Shown here: piece after piece, positions 11,666-25,462 of the stretch
How the letters are laid out: each line of letters starts with the position of its first letter
Numbering within the stretch: position 1 is the stretch's first letter
Source of the DNA: Amoebidium appalachense
Taxonomy: Eukaryota > Protista > Ichthyosporea
DNA: 64,000 nucleotides
Assembly (NCBI GenBank): GCA_963693365.1
Contig: CAVNZM010000001.1
Span: 3,240,907-3,304,906 of the forward strand
Direction of reading: 5' to 3'
Translations under genes and position numbers: made by a program
Notes under the pieces: generated by a model
Database searches by the model: none
Seen by the model: only the letters and a program-made list of their open reading frames with translations
Told to the model about the DNA's origin: nothing

Positions 11666-14437
11666 ATGGTTCAGCAGGGAGACATGTATCAGTACGCGTG
11701 CGACTGGAACAACATTGCCATGTCTTCATATTCACCAATTTCCGGAAACATGAAGGCTGAGCCGGAGTCTATGTCTGTGGAGGGATATGAAGCAGACTCA
11801 TACAGCCAACAGAGCTCCCGGCAGCTTCGTCTTTCTAGCAACTCTACTTCTGAGGCTATTGAGTCTCTGAGGAGAAAAATCGACAACATCACAGAAAGTG
11901 CTAATGTGGATCGGTAAGACACCCATTTTGTCCTGCTTTTGCCCTGCTTGTATCTTGGTTATTTTGGTACCGACTTAATAATGGAACGTGCATGTGGCAT
12001 TTGCCTTCACAAGTGGCTACGAGTACTCGTGTGCTATATTACACACTTTAATCCTTTGGAGCCATCCCATTCTGTTTCTGTGCGCAAAACACCATCACCA
12101 TAGAAAAATCTAATCACACACTTTCTCTTCTCAGAAACAAGATGCTCGAAGAAATCGTTGACCTGTGCTTTACGACCGTGAACGAGCAAGTAGCGCCAGA
12201 CCATTTGGCACAACTCGAGCAATATACCAAGGAACACGTGCAACGGGAGGAACTTCTCATGGAGGGAGAGAACAATACCTTCCCCATGGACCCTTTCGAC
12301 TTCCCAGGCATGTCCATCGACTCTGAATTCGGCTCTATGACGGGCCCATTTTCCCCCCTCATGACGCCAAGCCCGTGGCACTCGCCCGACATGTCACCCA
12401 TGGTGAATGACAATGCCTCTCCGCTCTCGACGAGTTTCAGCAACGTCGACCTCGACTCGTTCATGGCTAGCAGCTGCACGGCCGACCAAAACATCCACGG
12501 GCTAAGTTTGGATTCCTTGCAGCAGCAGCCTGGGCAGACGTACAACCCCATGCCCTACAACCCCACCTGTGGGATGAGACTCAAGCACCAAGAGCTGTGG
12601 GCGCGCCTGCACGGCCTGAAAAACGAAATGATTGTCTCTACAAAGGGGCGTCAACTCTTCCCCCCCATCGAGGTGACAGTTCTCGAGCTTGTGCCAGACC
12701 AGAAGTATACGGCATGGCTGCGGTTCGAATGCGAAGACCCCAAGGGTGCTGGGTGGAGGTGGGCCGAGCAATCCGGGTGGCAGCTTGTGCGCAAACTGAG
12801 AAGTAAGTGCTTGATTCCGTTGCCCTCCCAATCGCCCTTGTGTGCATGTGTGGGTGTGCAACATCACGTGCAAATCTTATGTTAGGTTAGATATAACGGA
12901 TTTTTTTGTCTGGTTGCCTTTCTTTTTCTTTCCTCCATTTTTTTTTACCCTTTTGCTGAGCCCCTTCAACCTACACATTCTATCATTGTGCACACGACAC
13001 ACCTCAATCCCTTTCCCCCAGTATTGATTAAAGAGCACAAAAATCCCAAGTCAAAACAAAATAGCTGAACTAACGTTGCCTTATTGCCACAGGAACAAAC
13101 AGCCTGCTCTTCCACCACAACACCAGTGACCATGCTCAAGAGCTCTACGTGCTCCCAGGTGGCCCATTCACCGGTGAGCAAATCATGAAGGAGGGCCTGT
13201 CGTTTGCACATGCAAAAATCACCAACAAGCCCAACACAAAGGGAGCAGTCTACATCGAGTCATTCCACAGCTACGTGCCCGTTGTCTACCTTGCCCCTGC
13301 CCCTTCGGAGGTTGGGGACCATCTGCAGGCCGTGTCCCCCCCTCATTCGTCCAAGAATCTTCGCCGCTCATCTGAGTCCTGCGGGCTCAATCTTACCTGC
13401 CACCCCAGCGAAATCAAAAGGTGAGCGGCAGTTTCCAGTCTCCTCTTAGTTGTATCCCTTTAGTTTGTTGAAAATTGCCTGCAGCAACAGTCTTTCATTT
13501 TGGTTTTGGCGCTCGTGCGTTGCCAATTCTTTTTCCCTCCCCCCCCCCTCCTGGCAAGGCGCTCCTTCCCCAGGGTTCCTACCATCTCCTGCACCCTCCC
13601 TTTTATCCGTCCAATCAGTGTTGCGCAGGTGACTCACCGTTTTTGCCCTCCACTAGGTACCCCCTCCAGCTGTGTAGCTTCATTGCCTGCACGGCATACC
13701 ACAACAAGGAGCTTGCCCAGATCAAAATCCTCGCCAACCCTCAGACCCGCGGCACCCGGGTGCTCGGCAAAATCACCCCCCACCTGGCCCAGGAATTTGT
13801 CTCGGGCGAGTTGGTAGGGGAGGCAGGCATCGGCAAGCACAAGGAGCAGTACCTCCGCCGGTGCATGTCTGCCGGCAATGTGATGGTGCCACAGTCCGAG
13901 TTGGAGAGCACTAGCGAGCAGTCCCTGGGCTCCGACACCCACCCCATGGGCACGCTGATGGAGGGGGTCGAACTTTCCGGAAACTCTGCCTATTCCCCAC
14001 AATCGTCACGCCCCATCCCACTCACTACAGGGGGCTCCTCCCCATCGCTTTTGCAGCGCCGCCCGTTCAAGCGCTCCACCAGTCTCGTGCGCGAGCTGCA
14101 TGCACACAACCAGGAAATGGGCCTTCTGCGCTCTCCCTCCACCCCTTGCGCCATGCTGGGAACCGTTTCTCCGCGCAGCCCACGCAGCCCCCTTTCCTTT
14201 GCGCCCATGCCACCCGTGTTCCCCCCTGCGGGCGCTGCCAACTATGGAATGCCGATTGGATCCATGGGCTCGTTTCCATTGGCTGATTTTGGCGGCCCAC
14301 TTGCAATGTCGATGCCCTATGGTGTCTCTATTAAGGCGGAGGGCGGAAGATCAGAGATGAACGGTCTTTTCCCTTCACTTCCAGAGCAGCACCAATCACC
14401 AATTGTTGTGCGCCGGTATTTGGTCCACAAGCAATAA
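11666..14437 (+). CDS. T-box transcription factor (divergent); exons 11666-11913, 12135-12802, 13093-13420, 13657-14437
   Basis: Phase-consistent GT-AG introns. The spliced domain has T-box motifs in order: ELWARLHGLKNEMIVSTKGRQLFP, LYVLPGGPFTGEQIMKEGLSFAHAKITN, ESFHSYVP, SFIACTAYHNKELAQIKILANP. N- and C-terminal regions are Ser/Pro/Met-rich. Confidence 0.92.
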
Positions 14438-14901
14438 GAAGAATCTAGGGAGTTTTGAAATGTTTAGAATAGCACGCTGCTTAGAAAATGGAATTAGTTG
14501 CTTCCATGCTAGTATACTCTTGCCGGTTAATTTCATACTAGTATGTCATTAGCACTGGCCCCGTTATTTATGACCTAATTGAATTTTGACTCCCTCTTTC
14601 GTAAATATTGCCAGCCCGAATATACAAAAGAATATATTTTTATGCCTAATCTGAGTTTAAACAAAAATTACACACTGAATTGTTGTGTGATCAATTTTTA
14701 ATCTGTAACATGTAACCAAATTACAGAATGCCTAAGTTCACCCGAATGATATACCTTGAATACATTCTCTTGTAGGGGATGTGCGCCTTGCAACAAAATG
14801 GTGATAAAGCTTTTCACACTGAAAATAAGCCATTTGTCGTCTTCGGCAGGTTGTGGCTAGTTCCGTCTCTCTCTCTCGCTCTCTTCTTCTGTCTCCTTCC
14901 C

Positions 14902-15035
<134 letters not shown>

Positions 15036-15325
15036 CCCCCCCCTCCCCTCCCCACCGCTAACCACAAAACGCACACACCAACCCCATTACCACTATTCCC
15101 TTGCACGGGGAAAGAAAAAAACTGTGCATGAACAGGCAAGCACAGGCCCTCCCTTGCCCTAACCCGCCCGGCTTATTTTTTTTTATTTTATTTTTTTTTA
15201 TTTTTTTGGTTGGCTTTCCTTTTGGAGGCATCGTGCTCACTCTTCTTTTGCACACGACACTTTCATCCTGCTTTGCCCTGCCCAACCCCCCCCCCCCCCC
15301 CTCCCTCCCTCCCCCCTCCCCCCCC

Positions 15326-15426
<101 letters not shown>

Positions 15427-15897
15427 CCTGCCAGCGCACCCTGCCCCCTTTTACCTCCCAACTCGAGCCCAAAAACAAAGAAATTAAAGAAAAGAAGGGT
15501 AAAGGAAACAAGGATGCTTAATTTTCAAGAAAAAATAGACAAAGAGAGAGCTGCAGCATGCACATGGCAAAACTTGCCCCCCCTTTCTCCCCCCAACCCT
15601 CTCTCCTTCCCCCTCCCTCCCCCCCCCCCCCCCTCCCTCCCCTCCCCCTCCCTCCCCTCATCCCCCGCCTCCCTCCCCCAACCCCCTTCTCCCCCCCCCC
15701 CCCCCCCCCCCCTTTCCCCCTCCGGCCCATTGCCCCTATACCTGCCCCCCTGACATCTTTGGCCAAGCCACACATGTTAACCCCTGCGGACACCATCGTA
15801 ATTTCAGAATCTGTGTTCGGCCTCACACCTTCTGCTCCTATCATGTCCTCCTCCTCCTCATCCCCAACCGCCCCCTCCCCCCCCCCCCCCCTCTCTC

Positions 15898-15928
<31 letters not shown>

Positions 15929-16532
15929 AGGCCTTCCCCCGGCCAGCACACCCAAACCCACACATCCCTTCCCTCCCCTCAAAAAATTCACCCCTTGTTC
16001 CCCATTCTGCGCACTTTCCAATCGTGCAGTAAGGGCACCATTCTTCTTACACTGATTGGTCGAAAATCACGGACCCCTCCGTACATCACTAATCACTTCT
16101 TTGCCTGTAAACCTCCCAAAATGCAACTTGGATACCTGGATCTTGCTAACTTGGTAGCATGAAATCACGAATCATCCCAAGCTGACTCTTTCTCGGAAAA
16201 TATACTGTTTCGGTAACAAACCGTTCTGCAGGGCTGGCAGTGAGTGTGGAGAGAGCAATGAACGGTGTTTATGTTTGGTGGCTGCATGGAACGTAAGGAG
16301 TTGTGGGTGGTGAGGCTATGGCTGAGAGGCCTGGGGGAGGGGGGGGGGGGCGGCCGATAAGGGGGAGAGGGGGAGTATATGGATGTTATTGTGGTGTTTC
16401 GGGCCTGGGGGCATAGAGGAAAGGAGGGAAGGGAGATTGGCGGGAGCACAGGCTTGCATTAAATGAGTCTTTCTTTTTCCAGGGCCCCCGGGCAGGGCAG
16501 GACAGGTGGTGGTGGTGGTGGTGGTGGAGGGG

Positions 16533-16566
<34 letters not shown>

Positions 16567-17233
16567 GTGGCAAAGCGGCTGGCTAACTTGGATATTGCAA
16601 AAGTGGATCTTAGGGGAAGTGTTGGATGGTGAGGTAGTGTGTGGATCCATGGGGGGTGGGCAGGTGTGTGCGCGGGTATGTGGGTGTGTTGTGGGGGGAG
16701 GGGTCCGGGGAGGGGGGGGGGGGGGGGGGGGGGAGGGATCGGGGGGGGGGCAGGGATGGGGGGGGATCGGAGGGGGGATCGGGGAGGGGGCTGGACATGG
16801 GGAAAGATACATCGAGAAGTTGAGAGATTACACAAGAGGAGGCAATAGTAGGCCTTGGACGAAATTTCAATATAAAGATAAGAGGGTGCAATGACGAATT
16901 TATGAGTCGAACCATTGCAGTCCTGCTACCCTTGAATTGCGCTTGGTTTCGATATTAGTTTGCGTGGGTGTGCGACGGACAAGATGGGGGGGGGGGGGGT
17001 GGGGGGCAGCGCGGGGGGTGGGGTTGGGAGGGGGGGGAAGAGGGGCAGGAGAGGGGGAGAGAGGGAAGGGAGATTAGCTCCGGCAGGCTAGGAACTTCGG
17101 GGAGAAATGCGCAAAAAGATATGAACCCAGTGGGAAAGTAAACAAATGTTAACCCCAGGCACAAGTTGACACCGAGGAAACGAAACAGGGAGAGGCTCCC
17201 GGGGGGAGGCGGGGTGGGGGGGAAATGTAAGCG

Positions 17234-17446
<213 letters not shown>

Positions 17447-17679
17447 GAGGAGGTGGGGGTGGGGGTGGAAGGGATATCATCTGATCCAGAAGCACCCATT
17501 CCGTCTTCGCCCAAGAGTGTGACTGGCAGTAAATTCACAAAAGACCCCGCCCGCCCTCCGCTCCCCCTGGGGAGGGGGGGAGGGGGGGGAGGAATGCAGC
17601 TATATGTTGTGACAGACATCTAGCTATCGATACAAACCCGTTATATTTTGTATATCTGGCACAGGCGGGTCATGCAACG

Positions 17680-18891
17680 TCTTTTCATCACCATGTTGTA
17701 TCTCGGTGATATGTGGTCCAAACCCCTTCCGATCTGAAAACCCCCACACCAGACCCTCCCCCCCCCCCCTCCCCCCCTTCTCCCCCCCCCCCCCCCATTC
17801 ATCCAGCACTCCCCGGCGGTTGCACATACATGCACACAAACATATCGATGGCAGCCTTGGTTTCTGAAAAGCAGAAAAAGGGAGGGAGGAAGAAGGGAGC
17901 TCAGACGGAATGCTTGTGCAAAAACATGGACCCATAAGGAAAGGAAACTGAAGAGAGGGAGGGAGGGAGGGGGGGGAGAGAGAGAGAAAGGGGGGGGGGG
18001 GGGGGGGGGATACATTCGACAAGGTCAGCCTGGCCCCTATCCTCCCCCCCCCCCCCCCCCCCCTCCCCCCCCCCCAAAAAAAAAGAAAGAAAGAAATAGA
18101 GAAAGAGAGAGAGAAGGAAGAATTAAATAGAAGCGACAGCCATACACTGCGACAGATACAACTCATTAATATGATGCCGTTACTTGTGCATATCTGGTAT
18201 ATCTAAAGTAAATCCACACACGAATCCACATCTTTTCATCACCACGTCGGATTGTGCGCATCGGGCCCCGTGGCCACTCACGCGCTGCCCCCCCTCCCCC
18301 CCCCCCCCCCCCTCGCCCATCCATCTCCTTTCCCCCCTTGACCCCCCTCCACTCTTCCCCTACCCCTGCCCGTCCGCAGGCACCTCCTCATCCCCCACCC
18401 CTCCCCATTTGTCCTCCTGTTGATCACACACACAACACACTACTTACATCCACTTGCACCCTTGCATTATTTTTGGCAAGGACTTAAGTGGAAGGAGGAT
18501 AGAGGAGGAAGGGAAGATGGGGGGGGGGGGGGGGGGGGGGGGAGAGGGAGGGATATATATACACACGACAAGTGGGAAAGAGCGCCAGGTGCCGGGGAGG
18601 GGGGAGGGGGAGGGGGGGGGGGGTGGGGGGGGGGGAGGGGGGAGGGGAAGGGGAAGGAGGATGGAGAGGAAAGTAGGCGGGTGTTTGTTACAAAGGCTAC
18701 AGTGGGTCCAGGAGGGAAGATACTGATGTAGGGAAAACACGAAATTTTGACACCGATGCCATAGAAGGGTTAGGGTCAGTAGAGAGAAGGTATGCGTGAA
18801 CGAAGAGAGGGGTGTTTTGGGGTGGGAAGGGGAAGGGTGGGGGGGGGGGGGGGGAGGGGGGGGGGGTGGACATTCGACGGGGAACGACCCT

Positions 18892-18930
<39 letters not shown>

Positions 18931-19235
18931 AAAACAAAAAACACACACACAAAGAAAAAGCAAACACAAAAAGGGAAGGGAAAGTATATCCATGCGCGAA
19001 CCTACATCTTTTCTTCACCATGTCGGATTGTGCACATGTGGTCCCGTGACCATTCACACTCCAACCCCCCTCCACCTCTCCCCCCCCCCCCCCCCTCCCC
19101 CCCCCCCCCCAAACACACACACACACACATCTCCATTCGCCGCCCCCTGCTGGATATGCACAACACAGGCAAACACACCTGCTTGCACCCTTACATATAT
19201 TGTTGAGAAGGACTCAGGGCGAAGGAGGATGGAAA
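17680..19235. repeat. Diverged tandem duplication, ~780-bp period, two copies plus a partial third
   Basis: Block CATCTTTTC(A/T)TCACCA(C/T)GTCGGATTGTGC within 18205-18257 and 18981-19033, partial at 17680; second block CTTGCACCCTT..AAGGACT..GAAGGAGGAT at ~18450 and ~19182. Confidence 0.8.
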
Positions 19236-19805
19236 TATTGGGGGGGTGGCCGGGGGGCGGGGAGCGGGAGGGGGGGGAGGGGGAGGGAGGGGAGGGATTT
19301 GATGGAGGGAATGACATATGAGGGCAATTTGTAGAGGAAAGCAACATTCTGCATGAGCCAGAGAAGTGGGAAAGGGAGCCCACCCGGGGGGGGGGGGGGG
19401 GGAGGGGGGGGGGGGGGGGGGGAGGGCTGGCCGGAAAAGAATAGTAAATAGACAAAAGGAAAGGCAAGCAATGTAGAGGGTGTGGGGATGGGTGTGCATG
19501 TGAGGAGTACATAGTCTCCCTGAGGGTTTGGAAACACATTTAGCAAAGATAGTGTTGGAGTGCAATAGGCCATTTTATTATATATATTCTACACTTTTAT
19601 TTAGCCTGGTGACCAGTACCGGCACGAATACTTTACACATTTTCCTCAGGGTGACCTTTCATGTTATCCCTGTCTTATGAAGCCTGCTGCTACTACAAGT
19701 GCTACAAAATACCCGAGGTGAAGATAACCGATATTGGAACGGGACGTATTCAAGAAACACGTCCAACACGATTACACGATAGTGTGTTTTAAAATTAGTA
19801 GTGTT

Positions 19806-20579
19806 CTACTTTGGGCAGTTCTTCTTAAAGAAGTGGCACGTGCACGTGTCGTAGTTGAGGCTGGAGCTGAGCACCTGGAAGGGTGTCTGGTAGTTGACCT
19901 GTTGGGGGATAGTGTTGTCAACATTTAACCCCATTCTGGTGGTGCATCATTCCTCACACCACACAACTTTATCTCCTTTCTCTTACACTTGAGATATTCC
20001 GCAAAACATCCATTTTGGTTGCTTCGAAGCCATCTCCCTATCTACATTCCCTCATCCACATTTCCTTTCTAGCCCTTTTTTCCAGAAACGCGTAAATAGG
20101 ACTCGTTTGTACATACAGCCGCTCCCCCCCCCCCCCCCCCCACCCTCCCCCTCCACCCGCCCCCTCCCCTCCTCCCCTTCCCCGCGGATGCCATATTATA
20201 CCCATTATGCCCGCGCACACAAAACACATTAACACGTGCAGAGTAGACAGAACAGCAGCAATCTGCACTTGCCTGTTTGCACTTGCAGGCCTCCACACCC
20301 CAGTCCTGGTCCCTGTAAGGGTACAATTTTTCGTGTTAGTTTGAATATACCAGGTTATTCATATGCAGCCAGACAAGAGCTGCTGTGCCAAATATTCCGT
20401 GGCGATTTATGTGAGATTTCTTCCCAGTGGCCAGGTGCGTGTGCCGTGGGGGGTAGTTGTAATGGGCATGCATTCTTTACTTTGCTACATGGTCGAAGTA
20501 GGCAGGGGCCCGGGGTCCCTAAATTAATTTTTGTTTCAACTTTTTTTTTTTTTTTTGGGGGGGTGGTGGTGGTGGTGTG

Positions 20580-20651
<72 letters not shown>

Positions 20652-23570
20652 GGGGGGGGGGGGGGGGGGGGGAGTGGGGGGAGGGGGGGATGGAAAGGGA
20701 AGAGGAATTTGATCGGTCGATTTCTTTTCGTTTTTTGATCACTTTTTTTCGTTGGGGTCGGAGGTGAGAGGGGAAAGGGGGAAAAGAAGGGGGGGGGGGG
20801 GGGGGGGGGGGGGAGGCTTTGGAATAAGTGAGTGAAGAGGTACGGTATGATACATGTATCCGGGTGGTTGCTGAATTTTCAGGGGAAATAGACCATAATC
20901 ACGGATTAAGTGTGTTTGAGAGGAAGGATAGGTTAAGCAGTTTGACACGGCGGCAACGAGAAATGACGAGGATGGGTGGATAAGCGGGTGGCAAGTGTGT
21001 GAGTTGCCAATGGCAAAGGGTGTGTTGGGGGGGTCCTAGTGTTTGTGTATGGGAAAAGTTGGTGTAAACAGTTGATGTTGTTGTTGTTGTAATTGTTTTG
21101 TGGTTGGGAGGGGGGGGGGGGGGGGGAGTGCGGAAAGGGGATGTAAGCACGAATGCATACCAGTAGAGGGGAAGTGCAGCAACGCCATCTGCAGGGAACG
21201 GCTTCATGTTACGGCAGCCCAGCTCCTCCTCCACGATGGGCACGTTGAAATGCGCCGCCATCTGCCGATACGCCGCAATGCGGTTCTGCACCTGTGCGCT
21301 CTCGGAGGCCCCGCCTGCCCCGCACTCGATGCCCCCATTGAGCACGTGGATGGTGGCCCCAAAGCCGGCAATGATGTGCGCCTCCGCCTCCTTGGGCCCG
21401 GGCTGGTACCACCCGCAGGACACGTCGTGCATGCTGGGCTTGGGCGACTGTGTTTAAAAGGGGTTAGTGGTTGTGAGTGTCGTTGCCATAAAAACTAAAA
21501 GAAATTAAGCCTTCGTGGAGAAAGGATTTAAATTTCCGGATTTCAGCAAGATAAGGTGAGAGGCTATGGGTCTGGTGCTTTCTGTGAGTGGGGAATGGAG
21601 TAACTACACAAGGATGGGCAAGTGTGTGTACCTACGTGTGTGTGTGTTTGCGTGTGTGTATATGGGTAGGTAGGCGGGTGGAAAAGAGAGGGTTGAGGAG
21701 GGGAAACTCTTGAAATCAATATACATTGAAATGGAAAAGGACTGCTCAGCCTGGGAGAATGGCAAGTGGAGGAGGAGGTGGGGGAGGGGGGGGGGGGGGG
21801 GAGGGGGGGGAGGGTTAAACTATCGCTTATGTGCTTTCTCACAAATTCCAAGAGGGTAAAATGAAACACACCTGTGGGGTGAGGCCGAACCAGATGGCCG
21901 AGGCAAAGGCCAGAAAGCCGTCCCTAGCAACCATGTCCGGGTCCTTGAGCAGCACGTTGCGGTCGCCAAACACGGCCTCGCTGAAGGGGCCATAGTTGTA
22001 CACGTACGTGAGCTGCTTGGCCCCTCGCCCGTAGTAGAGGGCCTCGGGGGCACACGGATAGTAGCGCGCCCAGTATGCCGTGTCGTCGCAGTTGGTGCGG
22101 TACGGCGCATTCTCGCCCATCTCACGCACATAGTAGAGTGCTTGGCGCCAGCGGGGAATGTTATGGGACGTTTCGAGTGACGGGTTGTTCTCTCCGGTTT
22201 CCTGTGCCGAAAAAAAAAAGAGGGGTTTAGTATGGTGAGGACGGCATATACAAGTCTTGGATACTAATACTCGCATGCAGGGGGCCTTGCCATAAGCATT
22301 ACACTATGTCAAATAATAGAAAAAAGTTAGACAGAGGAGGTTTGGGGCTGGGAGTAATGAAGGGTAAGGGGCAAAAGGAGAAAGGCGCGGGAAGGGGCGG
22401 AAGGGGAGGGTGGTAGGGGAAGAGGGGGGTGGGGGGTGGGGGCGGGGGGAGGGGGGGGGGGAGAGAGAGAGGGGGGGGGGGGGGGTAAGGATGGGACAAA
22501 TAAGTCGGACCCCGGGTTTGAAAGATGAAAAGAGATTCGAAAATGGGGACACACACAAACTCAGGAATGAAAAAAGAAAAACAGCAAACAGCATCAAATG
22601 GAAAAATTCGAAATTCTGAAAACAACAACTTGGCAACGGGCAGAGTTGCAAAGGAGCAAATTACAAACCTGCACAAAATGTGAAAATGTGGACGCAAGCT
22701 CCTTGCGGCAAGCCAAATCCTTTTCCGTGCCGTCGGGGGCATCGTCACAGAAGGCAGGCCACTTGGCTACTGCCTGAAGAAACCCAAGGTAGGTGTACAC
22801 CTTGTTGCGGCGAGGAAAGAGAAACTCAAACGATGTCTCAGGGAGCAGCCGCATAACACGTTGCACGTTGGGTGGGTTGGCAGAGGGGTTGGAAAGGTCG
22901 ATGGTGGGGACACCGGGGAGAGTGCGGGTGACGTGCTTGATGCGGTCAAGAAGAGCAACGTTGTTTGGGGGTGGGGCCGCACACTTGTCTTCAGCCTGTG
23001 GGTATAAAAAGACATATTAGTGTTACCGTGCTTGTGGCTAGGACGTTCACCGTGGTGGCCGGTAAAGTCTACTTAGTATATAGGATATCAAAGATTGGTG
23101 ACCAACAAAAACGGAAACTGTCAGGATGAGGTACTGTAAATCGGGCTTTCTTCTTGACAATGTGGAACAGGTGCCCACCTAAAAAAGACTGTGGTGCTAG
23201 CTACAGATCGTTAATTGAGAGATTAAGGACAAAAATTGGAGTATATGAAAACCAGGAAGTCCTGGGACTCACGGAAAATCCACAAAAAAATGGAGAACGG
23301 AACTGGTAACCCAGCAAAAAAATGCATGCAATAATAATGAAGTCGTACGTGCCTGCAGTGCTTGACGATATAGTAGGATAACAGATAAAAGAATTTATCT
23401 GACTAGGTCTTCACCTGCATCGCCTTGACCGCCTCTGCCGAGGTGAATGCTGCCCCCGTGATGGTGGCAGAGGGAGTTGGTGTGGAGTCTGCAGGCCGGG
23501 CAGTTGGGTTGGGCACAACACCAGACAACAGGACAGCAAACCCAAAAAGTAGACTTGCAGCTGGCGCCAT
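19806..23570 (-). CDS. Secreted glycoside hydrolase family 19 chitinase; exons 23570-23415, 22995-22669, 22201-21872, 21447-21161, 20312-20273, 19898-19806
   Basis: Signal peptide MAPAASLLFGFAVLLSG. GH19 motifs HFVQETG and YVREMG (two catalytic Glu), YYGRGAKQLTYVYNYGPFS, AFASAIWF, PQSPKPSMH, GFGATIHVLNGGIECG, QNRIAAY. All exon phases are compatible and the stop is at 19806. Confidence 0.95.
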
Positions 23571-23850
23571 GTTGATGTTGTGGAAGATTGACGAGGAGTG
23601 AAAAAAGAAGCTTTAAAGTTGATCTAAAATGGAAGGAAGTGAAGCCCTCGAGCTCAAGAACTTTTGGTGCTGTGAGGAGCAGAAGAATGAGTTGGAGGTC
23701 AGAGAGTTGGGTAGGATTCACAGAAGCTTAAGAGAAGCCTACAAGAGAGCCCTCCAGAGTTTCGGTACAAAGTAATCGGTTTCTGAGTGAGGTAGAAAGA
23801 AAGAGAGAATGAAATGAAATGAACTGAATTTCACTGAACCAAGCCCCTCC

Positions 23851-23857
23851 TTTTATA
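23851..23857 (-). promoter_or_regulatory. Putative TATA box of the chitinase gene
   Basis: Minus strand reads GGTATAAAAGG about 280 bp upstream of ATG 23570; CCAAT motifs (ATTGG on +) at ~23960, ~24025 and ~24055. Confidence 0.45.
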
Positions 23858-24834
23858 CCTTCGCAGCAGCCCCGCACTGTCGTTTGTTGTCCGCCATTCT
23901 GTGCGGGTGAAGTCAACGACATTCACGACAACACACATGAGAAACGAAGAAAGAATATGATTGGCTGTATGCGCATTGATGCGCCATCAACAAATCAAAA
24001 CAAACCTACTTAGAATGTTTCTAATTGGTTTAAAACGCATCAATGTTATGATTGATTGGCGAGCGTCCACTGACCAGCCAGCACGTGTGGTTTCACAGTC
24101 ACTATGGGACGGTCTGACGTAGGCTAAAGTCTTCAAAGTTGTTACATTAGACATTTGAGCGGTTTTATGCTACATGAGATTGAAATTGTTTTGCATGTGT
24201 ATGTGATGGGATGCGTTCGTCTTATTTTCTTGGGTGGCGACTCCACACTAGCCACGCACTGATGTCGCCAGAGTGTACTACTGTAGGCGAGAATGGAATG
24301 TAAACATGGGTGCTGATTTGGCCAATCGAAGGAACGCTTCTCCGACGTTCCTGAATCCTGAGATTCCTGACTCATTTAGATCTCTCAGCTCTTCTCTGCC
24401 GTTCTTCGTGGGAACGTGTGAAAGAACGAACGACATGAATTGAAAAGGCATCAATGTGTGCAGGCGAGAGTGGCTCACCATGTATGTCGCCATCACAGGT
24501 TTCGTACTTGTTGCGTCGCGTGCCAAAGATGCCACCAAACCCTCAAGGCCACGGTCACCCCGTGCTCCGTGCACCTGTACCATTTCAAGATCGATCTTGA
24601 GGGAAGAGCGAGAGAGAGGGGGGGAGGGGGAGGGGGGGGAGGGGGGGGGGGGGGGGGGTTCAGGGGGATATATACCACAACAGCCATATGTTTCCCGCTT
24701 GGGGCAAAGGTGTAAGCTCGGTATGTGCAGTTTGACCGAAGGCCGGGGCGGGGCAGAGGAGGGAGGCCAGGGCGGACTGGCTTGAAAAGGGGGGGCGGGG
24801 CGGTGGGAGGGAGAGAACGAGGGAGGCAGGGAGG

Positions 24835-25462
<628 letters not shown>

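Noticed and set aside
15777-17160. TTAACCC motifs resembling piggyBac ends
   Set aside because: Both are in the same orientation with no matching inverted partner; expected by chance next to C-runs.
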